Below are positions 61,590 to 64,000 of a stretch of 64,000 nt of DNA, one piece after another. The notes below the pieces were generated by a model. That model searched no databases, was not told where the DNA came from, and saw only the letters and a program-made list of their open reading frames with translations. Positions within the stretch are counted from its first letter, which is position 1; the number at the start of each line of letters is the position of its first letter. Origin of the DNA: a virus; the IMG/VR virus record IMGVR_UViG_3300049171_000092, positions 1 through 64,000 of that record, one strand, 5' to 3'. Position numbers and translations under genes: made by a program.

Positions 61590-61855
61590 GGCGCGGGGAA
61601 CTCGTCGTTGGCCTTGGCGTTGGCGAGGGCCATGATCCCGGTGAGGATGTGGCCGACCATGGGTGGCGTGTCGTCTCGGTTGATGTAGTCGACGAGGCTG
61701 GTCTCCAGCAGTTGCAGGCGGCGCAGTTCCCGCTGCTGGTCGATGCTCCCGGCGGCCCGGGCTTCGTTCTCGACGCGGTCGAGGAGTCCGTCGAGGTAGT
61801 CGCCTCCGAGGTGGGCGTCGTCGGCGTAGTTGTACAGCTCGTCGCGGGCGTTCAT
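61586..61855 (-). CDS. Hypothetical protein
   Basis: Trimmed to ATG 61853-61855. Confidence 0.55.
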   Translation of the reverse strand: MNARDELYNYADDAHLGGDYLDGLLDRVENEARAAGSIDQQRELRRLQLLETSLVDYINRDDTPPMVGHILTGIMALANAKANDEFPAP

Positions 61856-61992
61856 GAGTCCTCGTCTCTCGTCCAGTAGAGGCGGTCGTAGCGGGCGGCT
61901 TCGGCGGGAGTTTCCTCCCACCAGCCGGGTGCGGGGCCGGGCTCGATGAGCGGCGCTTCGTCCGTGGCCGGGGCCGGGATCGGGGTTACCAC
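61852..61992 (-). CDS. Mini-protein (46 aa), intact paralog of 62630..62746
   Basis: GTG 61990-61992. ...APGWWEETPAEAARYDRLYWTRDEDS. Confidence 0.4.
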   Translation of the reverse strand: MVTPIPAPATDEAPLIEPGPAPGWWEETPAEAARYDRLYWTRDEDS

Positions 61993-62390
61993 GGCTCGTC
62001 TCCTCCCCACCCGCCGGCCGTCGGGCGTGGGTTGCGGGGGATGCCCCACCGCTGCTCGTCGAGCCGGGCCTGGATCCGCATCCATGGGCGGCATGCGTCG
62101 GTTTTGCAGTCGGCGCAGTACGGTTCGCCGCTCTCGCCGGTGTGGTCGGCCGCCCATCCGGTGACGGCGTGGTACTTGGCCGGCTCGGCGGTCAGTCGGG
62201 CGGCCCGACGGCGTCGCATCCGTTCCAGAATTATCGCCTGGCTGGGCTTCACCCACTGGTGCAGGCCGATGATCGGTGTCCACTGGGTGCCGTGGTGGTG
62301 CTGTTCGTCGCCGCACCAGCGGCATCCGAACGGCGGCTCGGAGGCGATGCCCCGAGCGGCCATCTGGGCGCGGATCGTAGCGGTGCTCAT
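61986..62390 (-). CDS. Hypothetical Cys/His-rich protein
   Basis: Trimmed to ATG 62388-62390. CRWCGD..HHHG...CADCKTDAC. Confidence 0.6.
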   Translation of the reverse strand: MSTATIRAQMAARGIASEPPFGCRWCGDEQHHHGTQWTPIIGLHQWVKPSQAIILERMRRRRAARLTAEPAKYHAVTGWAADHTGESGEPYCADCKTDACRPWMRIQARLDEQRWGIPRNPRPTAGGWGGDEPW

Positions 62391-62626
62391 GCGGTCTCCT
62401 TGGTGATGTCGGTCCAGGCGCCACCGCTCCAGTCGTCGAGCGTTCGACTGTTCTGCACCCACGTCCACTCGTCCGCGCGTCGCCTGCCGTGCCAGCCTTT
62501 CGCTCGGGGCGTTCCCGTCTCCGAATCGGCGGTGACGGACTCGCAGTAGAAGCGGAAGCGCTCACGGCCGCCGGGCCAACCGGCACGGGCCGCGTAGGTG
62601 TGTCCGGGCTGGAAGAAGGTGCTCAT
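62387..62626 (-). CDS. Hypothetical protein
   Basis: 79-aa track ORF. Confidence 0.55.
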   Translation of the reverse strand: MSTFFQPGHTYAARAGWPGGRERFRFYCESVTADSETGTPRAKGWHGRRRADEWTWVQNSRTLDDWSGGAWTDITKETA

Positions 62627-62629
62627 GCG

Positions 62630-62746
62630 TTAGTCCTCGTCTCGGTCGTTGTCGTAGTCGCGGTCGCCCCACCAGCGGTCCCAGGTGGCGACTTCGGCGG
62701 GAGTTTCCTCTCACCACGGGGCCGGCGGCAGGGGCGGGGCGGTCAC
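62630..62746 (-). pseudogene. Paralog of 61852..61992 interrupted by an in-frame TGA
   Basis: GTG 62744-62746. TGG TGA GAG GAA ACT CCC GCC GAA here versus TGG TGG GAG GAA ACT CCC GCC GAA in the intact copy. The TGA is at 62711-62713. Confidence 0.4.
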
Positions 62747-62946
62747 CGGGAGTCGTCCGGCGCAGGCTCCCCGATGGGGGCGAGTTCGTCTCCGCCGTAG
62801 GTGCCCTTCGCTCCTTCCGGGGTGTCCATGAGGACGTGGTAGTCGTCGTATGCCGGGTCGTATCCGATGACGGTTCCGGTCGTGCCAGCCGGGATGCCAG
62901 CCCGGACGACGGTGGCACGGACGGGCTGTTCGACATGGAATTTCAT
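62743..62946 (-). CDS. Hypothetical small protein
   Basis: Trimmed to ATG 62944-62946 (MKFHVEQPVR...). Confidence 0.5.
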   Translation of the reverse strand: MKFHVEQPVRATVVRAGIPAGTTGTVIGYDPAYDDYHVLMDTPEGAKGTYGGDELAPIGEPAPDDSR

Positions 62947-62999
62947 GAAGGTTCCTATCGGTTCAAGCCGGGCAGGACAGCCCGGCAGACGGGGCGGGT

Positions 63000-63404
63000 T
63001 CAGGCGAGTTCGCGAGGTACGACGAGGAGGAGGCTGTCGGGCCGGTAGGTGGTACAGCCGTCGACGGTCCAGTGCCCGGGACCGGCGACACGGATTTCCG
63101 CGTTGTGGGCGCACAGCCAGCAGTGCGCGGGGTTGAACGGGCGAGCGTCCGCCAGCTGCGGCTGGCTGGCGTGGGAGAAGTACGACACCCACTGCGCCTG
63201 GTCGAGCGGTTCGAGGAGGGCCCCGTAGTGGGGCTGGATGGTGCCGATGATCGTGTCGCCGGCCCGTACCTCGGCGACGGGGGCGACGCGGACCGCGGCC
63301 GGGTCGAAGGCGTCGTCGGGCGGGGTGACCATGCGGGCGCCCGACGCGGTACGGGAAGACGGGGCGCGGACGATCACGCGGTGGAAGGCGACGGGGACGG
63401 GCAC
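63000..63404 (-). CDS. Hypothetical protein
   Basis: 134-aa track ORF. Confidence 0.55.
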   Translation of the reverse strand: MPVPVAFHRVIVRAPSSRTASGARMVTPPDDAFDPAAVRVAPVAEVRAGDTIIGTIQPHYGALLEPLDQAQWVSYFSHASQPQLADARPFNPAHCWLCAHNAEIRVAGPGHWTVDGCTTYRPDSLLLVVPRELA

Positions 63405-63455
63405 AGCGGGCTCCTTGCAGGCGGTCTGGGTCGTCTGCTGCGTCGTGGAGTTGGT

Positions 63456-63878
63456 CTAGGCGACCTCCGTGAAGTCGGCCTGGGCGAGGTGGCGGGTGGC
63501 CTTGTACGTGGTGAGCGCGACGTAGAGGGCGGGGTCGGTGGGCTTGTAGACGTGGACGTGGATCCACTTGCCGGTCGTGCGGTGCTGCGCCCAGACCTTG
63601 ATGGCGTCGGTGCCGAGGTTCATGGCGCGGTAGGCCTTGGCGGTGTGCCGGCCGTACCAGGAGCGCTGTCCGTCCTTCAGTTCGTCGGCGCCGAGGCGGT
63701 CGAGGAGGTCGCCGGTGCGGATGAGCCGGCCCTGGTCGACGGCGACGGCGATGTCGCCGGACAGGCAGCGGTAGTAGAGGGCCTTCGGCATGGTCATCGC
63801 GGTGTGGTGGGTGCGGCGGATGACGGTGAGGGCGCGGGCCTTCAGGTTGCTGCGACGGGTGCGGCTGGTGCGGATCAT
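63456..63878 (-). CDS. Hypothetical protein
   Basis: Trimmed to ATG 63876-63878 with a GAGGGGGA SD. A lower-GC promoter-like region lies upstream. Confidence 0.55.
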   Translation of the reverse strand: MIRTSRTRRSNLKARALTVIRRTHHTAMTMPKALYYRCLSGDIAVAVDQGRLIRTGDLLDRLGADELKDGQRSWYGRHTAKAYRAMNLGTDAIKVWAQHRTTGKWIHVHVYKPTDPALYVALTTYKATRHLAQADFTEVA

Positions 63879-64000
63879 GTGCGGGTCCCCCTCGATGCAA
63901 CTTACTGCCAACTTTCTTGGCACTTCGATAGTGACATGACCACCCGCCAGAGTGCAACATAGTTGGCATGACAAATCCGCGAACCGATGCCCATTCAGTT

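Larger units (their letters stand above)
1..64000. mobile_element. Temperate siphovirus-type actinophage genome segment (prophage or free/plasmid form), high-GC Streptomyces-like
   Basis: Contiguous terminase-portal-capsid-tail-lysis module (60.7->26.4 kb, minus). Integrase plus cI/cro-like switch at 16.8-19.4 kb. Early replication/recombination operon at 17.1->0.2 kb. No host core genes seen. Confidence 0.85.

Noticed and set aside
25998-63964. 11-mer GCAACATAGTT at 25998-26008 and 63954-63964 as recombination sites bounding the 38-kb late region
   Set aside because: Only 11 bp are shared and the flanks diverge immediately. It could be chance or a shared operator. Noted but not called.

Overview
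The whole 64-kb window (about 70% GC, Streptomyces-like codon bias) is temperate siphovirus-type actinophage DNA. I saw no host housekeeping genes, rRNA, tRNA or CRISPR. Almost all genes are on the minus strand, tightly packed, with many ATGA/GTGA stop-start overlaps. Reading the minus strand from right to left: (i) 63.9->60.9 kb holds small late-early genes. (ii) 60.7->26.4 kb holds terS, terL, a DUF1360-like membrane protein, portal, a MuF/protease/scaffold fusion, major capsid, a second capsid-like protein, a C2H2 zinc-finger protein, two giant Cys-rich repeat proteins, a fibre-like protein with its partner, a major-tail-like protein, connectors, chaperones, tape measure, minor tail proteins, a second fibre-like protein with its partner, and an amidase/holin lysis cassette. 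An antisense homing-endonuclease-like gene sits between the tape measure and the Dit-like gene. (iii) 26.3->19.4 kb is an accessory region with a small serine recombinase, several small regulators, tandem mini-genes and a dodecin gene. (iv) 19.4->16.8 kb holds a tyrosine integrase (plus strand) and a cI/cro-like switch. (v) 17.1->0.2 kb is the early operon: Xis-like protein, DnaQ-like exonuclease, RecE-like exonuclease with an SSAP, a WhiB-like regulator, an initiator carrying internal iterons, DnaB, a PD-(D/E)xK nuclease and a C5-methyltransferase. The map is in the unrecombined (attP-type) order, with int internal. The most unusual signals are listed here. First, a 21-nt motif occurs nine times in one orientation, always ending 23-29 nt upstream of a virion-gene start. 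Second, a module of giant Cys-rich repeat proteins plus a eukaryote-style C2H2 finger lies between the head and tail genes, and the fibre/partner pair is duplicated. Third, an iteron array lies inside the initiator gene. Fourth, an attP-like region carries a 5'-altered dodecin gene flanked by 23-24 bp repeats. Fifth, res-like half-sites precede the serine recombinase gene. Functions are inferred from motifs I can read in the translations. No database search was run.
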